Positions 48,182 through 58,252 are shown, numbered from the stretch's first letter. The stretch is DNA of 64,000 nucleotides from Patescibacteria group bacterium (GCA_038063415.1 JBBTVD010000006.1:221882-285881), one strand, 5' to 3'. Notes: a model not told the origin generated them from the sequence alone. Translations and numbers: made by a program.

Positions 48182-49673
48182 ATTTCTGTAAAGTTTGGGC
48201 AACTCCTCCATTGAATGAAGTCATTACTGATTTCGGACTTGTCCCGTCATTAACGATAGCATTCACGGCATCTCCCAAATAGGTATTGGCAAGAGAATTA
48301 AGTCCTCCTTCACCATCCTGTGTGTCGCTGACAAAAAAAGACGAGTCCGCAGTCTCCATTTGTGCGACAAAAGGAGCAACAATTTTATTGTCTTTTACTG
48401 AATCTGCTAAATCAATCCGTGCAGGAGGCTCTCCAAATCCTCGAGCTTTCGCTGCTTCACTATAAAATTTTTGTGCAGTTTCTTTTTTGGCAAGATATTG
48501 CATAAAGAGCAGCGCTTCTTTTTGGTTTGCGCTTCTTGCTGAAACTCCTTCAACCCAATAACTAGCAATCGTTGTGTTTTTCCCGTACAGGCCAGGAACA
48601 GGATGTACAGCAAAAGGTAAGTTTGCATTGAGTCGTTGCAAACGAAAAACATCCCAAGAATACCCAAAGTACATAGCGACAGTTCCTTTGCTAAAAGCAA
48701 GTAATGACTCATCAAGACGACTATCCCACACACGCTGATCGTCAGCTCCGAATCCTGTATAGAACGTAAGTGCCTCAATTTCTGCATCAAGAGACGTATC
48801 CAAATCTAACAAATTAATACCTTGCTGTTTGAACAGTACAGAAATGATATCGGGAGCATGGGTAATATTGCCATAGACACCGATCGCCGCACCAGAAGTT
48901 TTAATCTCGCCCTGCTCATCTTTAACCGTCATTTTTTTGGCAGCTTTGGTAAAATCATCCCAATTGGTTGGTGGAGGGACACCTGCTGATTCAAGAAGCT
49001 CGGTGTTTACAAAGAGTGCAAGACTATCCGTACCAAGTGGAATACCATAAATTGCACCCTTACGAACAAGATCATCCTGCATCACCGGGTAATACGTCTT
49101 TTTAAAATCTGCCGCACTTATGACATCTGAAGATAATGGTACAAGCATATCTTGCATTATCGGAAGCCAGGTGTTATGAAAACGGAAAATATCTGGGCCA
49201 GTATCATTATTAATTCGACTGATAAGACGGTCACGATACTGTTTGGGATCTTGTTTGATATATTCGACTAGAATAGTCGGATTTTCTTTTTCAAAATCGC
49301 TAATAAGCGCCTGCATCGTTGCGTTTTCTTCCCATAATCCCCACCATACAAGCTTCACATTTTTTGATGTTTCTTTTTTGGGCAGAAAAAGAAAGATGAG
49401 CAAAATAATAACTGCAAGGATACCTACCCCAATAAGAATCTTTTTAAGTAATCCATTCCCTCCTGCCGATTGTGACGCAGGTTCTTCTGGAACAGTATCG
49501 TCAGGTGGAGGGCTCTCTGTTCCAACACCACCAGTATCTCCTGTCGTGCTTGTCGCATCCGCAGTAGGTTGTTCACCTACTGCTGCAGGAGTACCTGTGG
49601 GAGACTGCGGATTTGCCTGATCCTGCTGCTCTTGATCTGTACTATTTCCATTAAAAACAACATTTCCATCCAT
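48153..49673 (-). CDS. Membrane-anchored sugar-type extracellular solute-binding protein
   Basis: Disordered N-terminus, TM, LVWWGLWE, GPDIF, YGIPLG.D.LALFVN, PPTNWDD, F..G.VAMYFG. Confidence 0.87.
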   Translation of the reverse strand: MDGNVVFNGNSTDQEQQDQANPQSPTGTPAAVGEQPTADATSTTGDTGGVGTESPPPDDTVPEEPASQSAGGNGLLKKILIGVGILAVIILLIFLFLPKKETSKNVKLVWWGLWEENATMQALISDFEKENPTILVEYIKQDPKQYRDRLISRINNDTGPDIFRFHNTWLPIMQDMLVPLSSDVISAADFKKTYYPVMQDDLVRKGAIYGIPLGTDSLALFVNTELLESAGVPPPTNWDDFTKAAKKMTVKDEQGEIKTSGAAIGVYGNITHAPDIISVLFKQQGINLLDLDTSLDAEIEALTFYTGFGADDQRVWDSRLDESLLAFSKGTVAMYFGYSWDVFRLQRLNANLPFAVHPVPGLYGKNTTIASYWVEGVSARSANQKEALLFMQYLAKKETAQKFYSEAAKARGFGEPPARIDLADSVKDNKIVAPFVAQMETADSSFFVSDTQDGEGGLNSLANTYLGDAVNAIVNDGTSPKSVMTSFNGGVAQTLQKYDISATSNP

Positions 49674-49719
49674 AATAATAAGCCAAGTATAGTATAATAC
49701 GAGAGGGATACGCATAGCA

Positions 49720-51165
49720 ATGCTCACACAGATACGGGAATCAACAAAAAAATTACACCCTCACCACCCCAAACATGTTGGTATAAAGGTGATAAAGGCA
49801 AGCATTTGGTTTTCTTTGGGAGCTATACTTGGCTTATTCTTTTTTACCAGCTTTCTCTATATTGGATACAAACAATGGTATAGCGACCGAGTCTATCTCG
49901 GAGTTACTGTCGATGGTATTAACTTCAGTGGGAAAACACAAGAGGAAGTGCGTCATTATTTTGCGCAAAAAAATAAGATCCTTCAACAAAGTAGCGTTAC
50001 CTTGCACTATGCAGACACCACAGCAACCATTGCAGCAAAGCAAATTGGCTTTGGGTATGATGAAAACTTACTCGCTGAACAAGCCGTTGACATTGGCAAA
50101 TCAGGCACAACACTTTCTGATATGAGTATTATCACGCAAGCATATATGGATGGGATAAGACTTCCCGGCACCTTCCATTATGATGATAAAAAACTCCAGA
50201 AATTACTCTTACCGCTACAAAAAAAGCTTGATAAGAGACCAATCGATCCTCTCTTTACTGTCACCAACGATAAAGTGGTTACCTTTAGACTGGCAACAAA
50301 TGGACAAGCAGTTGATGTAGCAAAGATTAAAGAAATACTTTTTGAGAAGTTTAAAGAAACTGCTCGAGACAACACCTCCAGTCAAATAACCATGCCTGTA
50401 CCAATTACGGTGGTTACACCTGCTATAGCTGATCAGGCCACAGATCTAGGAATCAAAGAATTGATTGCTCAGGGAAGTTCTTTATTTCAAGGATCAATTG
50501 AAAACCGAATATTCAATATCGGACTTGCGGCATCGAGGCTTAACGGGATTGTTATCAAGCCAGAAGAAGTTTTTTCCTTTAATGAGCATGTCGGAGATAT
50601 TTCCAAGCTAAGTGGATTTAGACAAGCCTATGTTATTGAAAATGGCAAAACCGTTCTGGGCGACGGAGGAGGAGTTTGCCAGGTATCAACCACACTCTTT
50701 CGAGCTGCTCTTAAAGCAGGATTACCCATTATCGAAAGAAACCAACATGCGTATCGGGTGGGGTATTATGAACAAGATGCAGGACCAGGCGTTGATGCTG
50801 CAATCTACTCACCTACTGTTGATCTTAAATTTAAAAATAATACAGGGTACCACATTCTTATTCAGACATATTTTGATCCTACCGTACAAAGCCTGACCTT
50901 TAGCTTGTATGGTACCGATGATGGACGGGAAGTGATCGTTAACGACCCTATCATTCTTTCACAAAGCCCAGCTCCTGAGCCTCGTTATCAAGACGATCCG
51001 AATCTTCCCAAAGATCAAATTCGACAAGTTGATTTTGCAGCCCCCGGAGCGAAAGTTGCCTTTACTCGTGTCGTAAAAAAAGATGATAAAATAATTCTCT
51101 CTGATAAATTTGCTTCAAATTATCGTCCCTGGCAGGCTGTTTATCTCCGGGGGACAAAAGAGTGA
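49720..51165 (+). CDS. VanW-family protein with peptidoglycan-binding region
   Basis: TM; NRIFNI, FSFN..VG, GGGVCQVSTTLFRAAL, ERNQH, GVDA, DLKFKN. Confidence 0.9.
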   Translation: MLTQIRESTKKLHPHHPKHVGIKVIKASIWFSLGAILGLFFFTSFLYIGYKQWYSDRVYLGVTVDGINFSGKTQEEVRHYFAQKNKILQQSSVTLHYADTTATIAAKQIGFGYDENLLAEQAVDIGKSGTTLSDMSIITQAYMDGIRLPGTFHYDDKKLQKLLLPLQKKLDKRPIDPLFTVTNDKVVTFRLATNGQAVDVAKIKEILFEKFKETARDNTSSQITMPVPITVVTPAIADQATDLGIKELIAQGSSLFQGSIENRIFNIGLAASRLNGIVIKPEEVFSFNEHVGDISKLSGFRQAYVIENGKTVLGDGGGVCQVSTTLFRAALKAGLPIIERNQHAYRVGYYEQDAGPGVDAAIYSPTVDLKFKNNTGYHILIQTYFDPTVQSLTFSLYGTDDGREVIVNDPIILSQSPAPEPRYQDDPNLPKDQIRQVDFAAPGAKVAFTRVVKKDDKIILSDKFASNYRPWQAVYLRGTKE

Positions 51166-51175
51166 TCTATAGAAA

Positions 51176-51667
51176 ATGGAAAAGAGTATAAAAAAAATTT
51201 TATCAGTAGACCAAGCTGCTCAAAGAGCAGTAGATCTACAGAAAAAAAACAAAACGATAGTTCTAGCGGGAGGATGTTTTGACGTTCTCCATCGTGGGCA
51301 TGTTGCCTTTCTCCAAAAAGCAAAAGAGCAAGGAGATATCCTACTCGTGCTCCTTGAACATGATGACCGGATCAAAAAGTGGAAAGGGCCGACAAGGCCA
51401 GTTAATAACCAACAGGATCGAGCATATATTTTGGCACATATGACTCCTGTTGATTATGTCGTTCTCCTTCCTGCAGTAATGGACAATAAGGCCTATGATA
51501 CACTGGTAAATCAGCTAAAACCTGCTATAATCGCTACAACGGCAGGAGACAGGAATCGAGGCCACAAAGAAAGACAGGCCAAACAAATCGGTGCGCGCGT
51601 AATAGATGTTACGCCAATGATTGAAAATCAATCGACGACGAATGTCCTTGCTATCTTACAAGATTAA
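51176..51667 (+). CDS. Cytidylyltransferase-family protein (RfaE domain II/TagD/RibL-like)
   Basis: GGCFDVLHRGH, KGPTRP, STT; substrate cannot be determined from sequence. Confidence 0.88.
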   Translation: MEKSIKKILSVDQAAQRAVDLQKKNKTIVLAGGCFDVLHRGHVAFLQKAKEQGDILLVLLEHDDRIKKWKGPTRPVNNQQDRAYILAHMTPVDYVVLLPAVMDNKAYDTLVNQLKPAIIATTAGDRNRGHKERQAKQIGARVIDVTPMIENQSTTNVLAILQD

Positions 51668-51670
51668 CGT

Positions 51671-52135
51671 ATGAATCTTAACGGTGTTATTATTATCTTT
51701 GTCATTGTTCTTGCGGTCTTCTTTGGTGTTATCTTTACGCAATTTAATCAAGGAAGCAAAAAACTTGAGGCAACGAAAGTAACGATTAATGAAGCTACTT
51801 ATACTGCTGAGATTGCCCAAACCGACGAACAAAAAGAAATTGGCTTATCCGGTCGGGATTCGATAGCTGATGATCGTGCGATGCTTTTTGTCTTTGAAAA
51901 GCCAGGAACCTATCAATTCTGGATGAAGGATATGAAGTTCCCTATTGATATCATCTTTATCAATGGCGATAAGATTGTCTCTTTTGTTGAGAATACCCAA
52001 CCTTCACCAAATAATGATAATTTGCAACGATATGCTCCAGAAGGGACCATTGATAAAGCACTTGAAGTCAAAGCCGGAACCGTACAAAAAAGTGGCTTTA
52101 AAAAAGGTGATACGGTAACAATTGAAAAGAAATAG
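51671..52135 (+). CDS. DUF192 family protein
   Basis: EIA.T...IGLSGR, MLFVF, FWMKDMKFPIDIIFI, LEVKAG. Confidence 0.9.
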   Translation: MNLNGVIIIFVIVLAVFFGVIFTQFNQGSKKLEATKVTINEATYTAEIAQTDEQKEIGLSGRDSIADDRAMLFVFEKPGTYQFWMKDMKFPIDIIFINGDKIVSFVENTQPSPNNDNLQRYAPEGTIDKALEVKAGTVQKSGFKKGDTVTIEKK

Positions 52136-52147
52136 CAAAAGACTATT

Positions 52148-53227
52148 ATGGTTATCCTCGGTATAGAAACCTCATGTGACGAAACAGCAGCAGCAGTTGT
52201 TGAAAAGAAAGAAGATAGAGCTGTATTGCGTTCAACTTCTGTCGCATCCTCTTTAAAACTTCATGCAGAGACGGGAGGAATTATCCCTGAAATTGCCGCA
52301 CGAAAACAAATAGAATATATGCTGCCTGTGATCAAACAAGCAGTAAAAGAAGCAGCTATTGATCTGTCAAAAGATATTGATGCAATCGCCGTGACCTATG
52401 GACCAGGACTTATTGGCTCACTCCTTGTTGGTGTAGAAACAGCAAAGACACTTGCGTACGTCTTGAATAAGCCAATTATTCCGGTGAATCATATGCTCGG
52501 ACATATATATGCGAATTGGATCATCCCCGACAAAAACCCTCCAACACTCCCGGCCCTTGCAATGGTAGTATCGGGAGGACATACCGATTTATTGCTTCTA
52601 AAAAAACATGGTGAGATACAACTACTGGGAGGAACTCGTGATGATGCTGCAGGAGAATGTTTTGACAAATGCGCAAGGCTGCTTGGCTATGCATACCCTG
52701 GAGGACCAAAGATTGCACTCCTCGCAAAAAAAGGCAACCCTGATGCCTTTAACTTCCCTCGCCCAATGATTGGGAGTCATGATTATGATTTTTCCTTTTC
52801 CGGATTAAAGACAGCATTCCTGAATACAACAAAAAAACTTTTCCCGATTCTTCGCTCTTCAGATACAAAAATCGGCTGGCAACAAATTGATCTTGAGACG
52901 CAACTTGCCGATACACAAAAACAAACACTCTATGACCTTTGTGCATCGCTTGAGAAAGCTATTGTTCAAGTACTTGTCAGAAAGGCCATGAAAGCAATCG
53001 AACAACACAACGTTCATTCGTTTCTCCTCTCAGGAGGCGCTGCTGCCAATGAAAGTTTACGTGATTTATTTACCAGCAAATGTGAACAAGCAGACATCGA
53101 TTTTTTTGTCCCGAACATCCACTTGTGTACAGATAATGCAGCTATGATTGCTGCTGCTGCTGCGTATAACTATCATCCAGTTCCTTGGAAAGAAGTTACG
53201 GCTGATCCACAACTCTATTTTAGCTAA
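52148..53227 (+). CDS. tsaD: t6A tRNA threonylcarbamoyltransferase TsaD
   Basis: LGIETSCDET, GGIIPE, GPGL, HMLGH, VSGGHT, DDAAGECFDK, FSFSGLKT, TDNAAMI. Confidence 0.97.
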   Translation: MVILGIETSCDETAAAVVEKKEDRAVLRSTSVASSLKLHAETGGIIPEIAARKQIEYMLPVIKQAVKEAAIDLSKDIDAIAVTYGPGLIGSLLVGVETAKTLAYVLNKPIIPVNHMLGHIYANWIIPDKNPPTLPALAMVVSGGHTDLLLLKKHGEIQLLGGTRDDAAGECFDKCARLLGYAYPGGPKIALLAKKGNPDAFNFPRPMIGSHDYDFSFSGLKTAFLNTTKKLFPILRSSDTKIGWQQIDLETQLADTQKQTLYDLCASLEKAIVQVLVRKAMKAIEQHNVHSFLLSGGAAANESLRDLFTSKCEQADIDFFVPNIHLCTDNAAMIAAAAAYNYHPVPWKEVTADPQLYFS

Positions 53228-53273
53228 TATTCTTACCAACTTTTCCATAGATTCTTGCTAGTATAGATAAATT

Positions 53274-53813
53274 ATGTGGAAATTCTTCTTTAGCCTTTCT
53301 TTTCTCTGTTTCCTTGCTTCTCTGCTTCTCGTTACCCAAGTACTTGCTGCAAATCCTCAATCCTGGACATGGCATAACTCCACCGTACAAGCATTGATCA
53401 AGGCAATCACTCCTACCCCTACTGCGCGAGTCTTAGGCGTCCAAACACCGAAAAAAGTTCCAACGACTGATCACTCATTATTTCTCGCAGAAATTAATGC
53501 CTATCGGGCAAAATATAACTTAACTCCTGTCCAAGCAAGTAACCAAACCTGTGCTTTTGCTAAGACACGAGCACAAGAAATTGTCAGTGATTTTTCTCAC
53601 AGAGGATTTCGAAGCAGGATAAATGCCAAAACGCTTCCCTATACACAATGGTCATCAGCGACCGAGAATATCGCTATGACAACAAAATCTGAAGAAGTAG
53701 TAAGCCTCTGGATCAATTCTCCTGCTCATGCAGCAAATATGAGGAAGGATACCCCTTTTGTCTGTGTACAAAAATATGGAGACAATTATGCGTATGAGGG
53801 GATGAAGCTGTAA
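53274..53813 (+). CDS. Secreted CAP (SCP) domain protein
   Basis: Signal peptide; INAYRA, FSH, ENIA, WINSPAHAANM. Confidence 0.87.
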   Translation: MWKFFFSLSFLCFLASLLLVTQVLAANPQSWTWHNSTVQALIKAITPTPTARVLGVQTPKKVPTTDHSLFLAEINAYRAKYNLTPVQASNQTCAFAKTRAQEIVSDFSHRGFRSRINAKTLPYTQWSSATENIAMTTKSEEVVSLWINSPAHAANMRKDTPFVCVQKYGDNYAYEGMKL

Positions 53814-53829
53814 GAGAATTAATTTCCAT

Positions 53830-53936
53830 TTGACAAGTACTATTTCTCATTTTATATTTGACTAACTAAGAACGACAACGCGACAGCTGTCTTTAAGGAG
53901 AAAATGGAAGACGAAAAATGGAAAATAAAGTATTAA
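53830..53936 (+). promoter_or_regulatory. Orphan promoter, SD and 10-aa ORF convergent with guaB
   Basis: TTGACA (53830)-17 nt-TATATT (53853); AAGGAG (53895); ATG 53904 gives MEDEKWKIKY*, whose stop overlaps the guaB stop. Confidence 0.5.
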
Positions 53937-55075
53937 TAGTTTTCCCCAGCATTGGTAATGAGGATATCATGAGGATGACTCTCGGTAAGTGATGCCTGGG
54001 TTATTTGCATAAACTTTGCTTTCTCCCATAATTCAGTAATAGTCTTTGTCCCAAGATAATACATGCCTGATTTAATCCCGCCAATGGCCTGATCAACAAG
54101 ATCCGATACGCTTCCTTTTACGGGGACATATCCTTCAACGCCTTCTGCAACCAAGACGCGGTCTTTATAACTCTTGCCATGATATTCATCTTCAGATTTT
54201 ATCTTTGCCCCTTGCTCCATAGCACCTTGAGAACCCATGCCACGATAGGTCTTGAATTGATACATCTCCACATCAGGTCGTAAAATACTCTTGAATCGAT
54301 GCGGTACTTGCTCCCTGGGCAATTCGACAACCTCACCAGCTGATTCGCGAGTACTTGCAAAATAGCCACCCATCATTACGTTTGAGGCACCAGCTGCAAG
54401 AGCTTTGACCATATCTCCTGAATATTTGATAGCTCCATCAGCAATAACCGGAACACCATGCCGCTTTCCAGCCTTTGCTGCTTCAAGAATAGCGGTCAGC
54501 TGCGGGACACCCATCCCGGAAATAATCCGTGTCGTACAAATAGCTCCTCCTCCCATCCCCACCCGAATACCATCAGCACCAGCTGCAATCATCGCTTGTG
54601 CGCCTGCTTCAGTCGCCACATTGCCACCAACTACTTCCATCTGTGGATATGTCTTTTTGATAAATCTGATTGCTTCAATAATCCCTGTCGCAAATCCATG
54701 GGCTGAATCGACAAGCAAAACCGATACTCCTGCCTTTATAAGTGCTGCAACTCGATCTTCAAATCCTTTGCTTGCACCAACGGCAGCCCCGACCAAGAGC
54801 TTTTTATCGCTGACTTTTTTGACTTGATCTGCCTGATCGTCAATGGCGAGATTACGATGCAAAATACCAATACCACCTATTTCGGCAAGGGCGATAGCCA
54901 GATTTGCTTCAGTGACGGTATCCATGGGAGAGGAAACGAGTGGGATCTTGAGGGTTATCTTTTTGGTCAGTTGAGTGGAGAGATTAATATCCTGACGCTT
55001 AAAATCAGCATAATCTGGGATAAGCAGTACGTCATCAAAGCTGAGACCGAGGGGGGGAATATTTTTAGCGTCCAT
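53933..55075 (-). CDS. guaB: IMP dehydrogenase lacking CBS domains
   Basis: LSFDDVLL, SSPMDTVTE, DSAHG, GNVAT, VGMGGGAICTTR, YRGMGS, EGVEG, ESHPH. Confidence 0.95.
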   Translation of the reverse strand: MDAKNIPPLGLSFDDVLLIPDYADFKRQDINLSTQLTKKITLKIPLVSSPMDTVTEANLAIALAEIGGIGILHRNLAIDDQADQVKKVSDKKLLVGAAVGASKGFEDRVAALIKAGVSVLLVDSAHGFATGIIEAIRFIKKTYPQMEVVGGNVATEAGAQAMIAAGADGIRVGMGGGAICTTRIISGMGVPQLTAILEAAKAGKRHGVPVIADGAIKYSGDMVKALAAGASNVMMGGYFASTRESAGEVVELPREQVPHRFKSILRPDVEMYQFKTYRGMGSQGAMEQGAKIKSEDEYHGKSYKDRVLVAEGVEGYVPVKGSVSDLVDQAIGGIKSGMYYLGTKTITELWEKAKFMQITQASLTESHPHDILITNAGENY

Positions 55076-55112
55076 AATGCATATTATACTACATTAGGAA
55101 TTCTGTCAAGCA

Positions 55113-55583
55113 TTAACGCTTTGGAGATTGTTTTTCGCGTCGTGCTTTACCACCGGTTCCAACATTTCGTCGTTGGCGAACGCGAGCGTCCCGAGTAAGA
55201 AATCCTTTTTTCTTAAGAATTGGACGGAATTGCTCCCGATCAACTTTATTTAATGCATTAGAAATTGCTGCGATAACTGCATCGAGTTGCCCAGCAGTAC
55301 CACCACCGGTTACACGAATAGTAAAAGCGTAATGCTTCTGGTGCGCATTGGTTATACGGATAGGTTCTGTATAGAGTTGGCGTTCGCGCTCACTTGGGAA
55401 ATATTCTGCGATAAGTTTTCCATTAACGAGGATATCTCCTTTGCCAACAGGAGTCTCTCCCCATGCCAAGTCAGCAGGGACTGTTTGATAGAGCCTTGCT
55501 CGAGCAGAAGCTTCTTTGCGTCTTCCAACGGCAAAGATATAGTCTCTCTTTTGTTTTTTTGATGGTATTGTTTTGTCTGCCAT
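55113..55583 (-). CDS. rpsI: 30S ribosomal protein S9
   Basis: GRRKEASAR, GGG..GQ, LTRDAR, KARREKQSPKR. Confidence 0.97.
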   Translation of the reverse strand: MADKTIPSKKQKRDYIFAVGRRKEASARARLYQTVPADLAWGETPVGKGDILVNGKLIAEYFPSERERQLYTEPIRITNAHQKHYAFTIRVTGGGTAGQLDAVIAAISNALNKVDREQFRPILKKKGFLTRDARVRQRRNVGTGGKARREKQSPKR

Positions 55584-55598
55584 AGATTTATATAAGCA

Positions 55599-56033
55599 TT
55601 ACGATTTAAGTGCTAATTTATCTTGATATTTGTGCTCTTCTCCTTCAAAAACAAACAGTCTCTTGAGTAATCGATCTCGCAATTTGTTTTGTGGCAGCAT
55701 GCCTTTAACTGCATGCGTAATGATTTCAGCTGGTTTTCGTATGCGTAACTCTTTTAGGGTTTCTACTTTAAAACCACCTGGATAGCCAGAATGACGATAA
55801 TATTTCTTTTGTTCTTCTTTGTTACCGGTTACGGCAACATCTTTCGCATTTATGATAACCACATAGTCACCACAGTCAAGATTTCGAACAAAGTATGACT
55901 TACTTTTACCCATTAAGAGATGTGCAATTTCAGTTGAGATTCTCCCAAGTGGCTTATCTTTCACATCAATGAGATGCCATGCCCGCTTAATATCTGCTGC
56001 TTTTGTCGGTTGTGTTGCTACTGTATAATTCAT
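55599..56033 (-). CDS. rplM: 50S ribosomal protein L13
   Basis: WHLID, LGR, DCGDYVVIINA, HSGYPGG, AVKGMLP. Confidence 0.98.
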   Translation of the reverse strand: MNYTVATQPTKAADIKRAWHLIDVKDKPLGRISTEIAHLLMGKSKSYFVRNLDCGDYVVIINAKDVAVTGNKEEQKKYYRHSGYPGGFKVETLKELRIRKPAEIITHAVKGMLPQNKLRDRLLKRLFVFEGEEHKYQDKLALKS

Positions 56034-56038
56034 ATTTT

Positions 56039-56563
56039 TTAGAGACCACTCCTTACTCTACTTCGAGCTTGCTTTTGTACTGCTTCTTTCCCTGCTTTTG
56101 CTTCTTTTTTCGCAGTCAATTTTACTTGTGATGGAACATCTTTCTTCTCAACCTTTTCTTCTTTTGTTTCTTTGGTTGCCTTTACCTTAGTACTTGCTGT
56201 TTGTTTGACAGTTTTTTCAGTCCATTCAAGATAGACCATTGGCGCATTATCTGCAACTCGGTGACTATCTCTGATAATGCGAGTGTAGCCACCTTGGCGA
56301 TTAGTAAAGAGTGGCGCAAGTGATTCAATTAGCTTCGTTACTGCTGGCTGGTTTACTTTGGGATGTAATGCTCGAGTAGCACTTGTTCCACCCTTTTTTG
56401 CCTTGGTGATCAGATTATCTGCTGCGCCTTTAATAGCCTTTGCTTTGGCTTCTGTTGTTCTGATTCGTTCGTGCAAGACAAGAGAAGTCAGCAAGTTCTT
56501 AAATAACGCTTTTCTCTCATTTGCATCTCTCTTAAATTGTCTTCCAAAAACATTTTTCTTCAT
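56039..56563 (-). CDS. rplQ: 50S ribosomal protein L17 with a Lys-rich C-terminal tail
   Basis: RKALFKNL, HERIRTT.AKAK, RQGGYTRI, DNAPM. Confidence 0.97.
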   Translation of the reverse strand: MKKNVFGRQFKRDANERKALFKNLLTSLVLHERIRTTEAKAKAIKGAADNLITKAKKGGTSATRALHPKVNQPAVTKLIESLAPLFTNRQGGYTRIIRDSHRVADNAPMVYLEWTEKTVKQTASTKVKATKETKEEKVEKKDVPSQVKLTAKKEAKAGKEAVQKQARSRVRSGL

Positions 56564-56571
56564 AAACCAAA

Positions 56572-56700
56572 AAAAATCGAATCTCGAAAAACGAAACTCG
56601 AAACAATGAAAAATACAAACTTTCGAAACTCAAAACATTACTTTAGCATTTTGAACGTTCGAATTTGTTTCGGATTTCGAATTTCGATATTCGAATTTAG
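56572..56700. repeat. Imperfect inverted repeat built from 7-nt units, between rpoA and rplQ
   Basis: Left arm AAAATCG AATCTCG AAAAACG AAACTCG AAACAA; right arm TTGTTT CGGATTT CGAATTT CGATATT CGAATTT. Confidence 0.8.
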
Positions 56701-56704
56701 GTCC

Positions 56705-57631
56705 TTATATATTTAAACTAACACCTTTTTCTTGCAGTTTCTCTTCAATAATTGAGATTGACTTACCACCCATATTTCTCATTGAAATGAGTTCTTTTCG
56801 TGGGGTAGCAAGAAGCTGCTCGATGTTTTCAATGCCACCATTTCTCAAACTATTATAGATTCTTGTTGGAAGATCAAGTTCATCAATCGTCATCTGTAAG
56901 ACTGCTTGTGAGATAGACGCAGTTGCTGCTGGAACTTCGTCAGTCGTTTCGACTGCTGATGGTTCATAAATCTGTCGGAAAGAATTCGTTAAGATCTTTG
57001 CTGCTTGATTAAGACTTTCTCGAGGTGAAACAGTCCCGTTTGTCCAAATCTTAAGTACTAGTTTATCAAGATCAGTTCGGCGACCAACGCGAGTTGAAGA
57101 AATAGTGTAGGTAACTCGGCGAACTGGAGTAAATACTGCATCAGTTGTCATAGAACCAAGCTCTTCACCCTTTCGCTCTTCAGCAAGTGAATAACCATAT
57201 CCTTTTTCAACGACGAGTTCCATCTCAAACTTTGACTTTTCCCCTGAGAGAGAACCAATGTAGTGATCTTTGTTTAAGATTTCAACACCATCTGGTAATT
57301 GCAAATCTGCTGCGGTAATTTCCTTTGTTCCTTTTACAGAAACTTTCACGATGACACTCTCTTTGCCATCTGCCAACTTAAAGTTAAGTTCTTTAATGTT
57401 AAGCAGTAAATCAATAATATTTTCTTTGAGACCTTGCAGTGTTGAGAATTTGTGTTTGACACCAGCAATCTTTACTGAGGTAACAGCTGATCCTGGGATA
57501 GATCCGTAGAGTACTCGTCGGATAGCATTTCCAAGAGTGTGTCCGTAACCTGATTCAAGTGGTTCAAGGACGAACTCACCAAAGTCTGGTGACGCGGTTA
57601 CTTCTTTGACTGTAAAGTGTAAATCTTGCAT
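56705..57631 (-). CDS. rpoA: RNA polymerase alpha subunit
   Basis: EPLESGYGHTLGNAIRR, RVGRRTDLDKL, WTNG, alpha-CTD RIYNSL, NMGGKS. Confidence 0.98.
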   Translation of the reverse strand: MQDLHFTVKEVTASPDFGEFVLEPLESGYGHTLGNAIRRVLYGSIPGSAVTSVKIAGVKHKFSTLQGLKENIIDLLLNIKELNFKLADGKESVIVKVSVKGTKEITAADLQLPDGVEILNKDHYIGSLSGEKSKFEMELVVEKGYGYSLAEERKGEELGSMTTDAVFTPVRRVTYTISSTRVGRRTDLDKLVLKIWTNGTVSPRESLNQAAKILTNSFRQIYEPSAVETTDEVPAATASISQAVLQMTIDELDLPTRIYNSLRNGGIENIEQLLATPRKELISMRNMGGKSISIIEEKLQEKGVSLNI

Positions 57632-57649
57632 AAGATGTATATTATATCA

Positions 57650-58252
57650 CTATCTTGAATAATATTCAATGATCATTCTTGTATTAAAAGGTGCCTGGAT
57701 ATCTGCTGCTTTTGGCATACGAGCAAACTTTCCTACAGGTCCTTTCTTATCCAAAAATGCTGCGATTTCCTTTATTTCGACAAGTTCTTTTGCAACATCT
57801 GGATTCTTTTGCATTGCTGCATCAATGGTAATAACATCACCTTCATTAACGACGTATGAAGGAATACTCATTTTTTTATCATTTACCATAACATGTCCAT
57901 GAGAAACCATTTGCCTTGCCATCATACGAGATTTTGCAAAACCTAATCGATACACAACATTGTCGAGTCTTCTTTCCAAGAATGCTAAGAGTAATTCTTC
58001 GGTATCTCCTTGCTGTGCTCGGGCGGTATTCACCAATTTTTTGAATTGCTTCTCGTACAAACCATACATTACCTTTGCTTTTTGTTTTTCACGAAGCTGT
58101 AATCCAAATTCAGATGGACGACGCTTTCCTTTACGTGCATGTACGCCTGGTGGGACATTGAGTCTTCGTAGAAGACTTGCAGATGTTTTTTCAAGAAGAT
58201 TAACTCCTTCACGTCTAGCAAGTCTATGTTTTGGTCCAGTATATCTTCCCAT
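57650..58252 (-). CDS. rpsD: 30S ribosomal protein S4
   Basis: MGRYTGP, QLREKQK, LERRLDNVVYRLG, ARQMVSHGH, IIEYYSR. Confidence 0.98.
   Translation of the reverse strand: MGRYTGPKHRLARREGVNLLEKTSASLLRRLNVPPGVHARKGKRRPSEFGLQLREKQKAKVMYGLYEKQFKKLVNTARAQQGDTEELLLAFLERRLDNVVYRLGFAKSRMMARQMVSHGHVMVNDKKMSIPSYVVNEGDVITIDAAMQKNPDVAKELVEIKEIAAFLDKKGPVGKFARMPKAADIQAPFNTRMIIEYYSR

Noticed and set aside
49720-51165. vanW as evidence of vancomycin resistance
   Set aside because: No vanHAX or vanRS genes; VanW-domain proteins are widespread cell-wall proteins.
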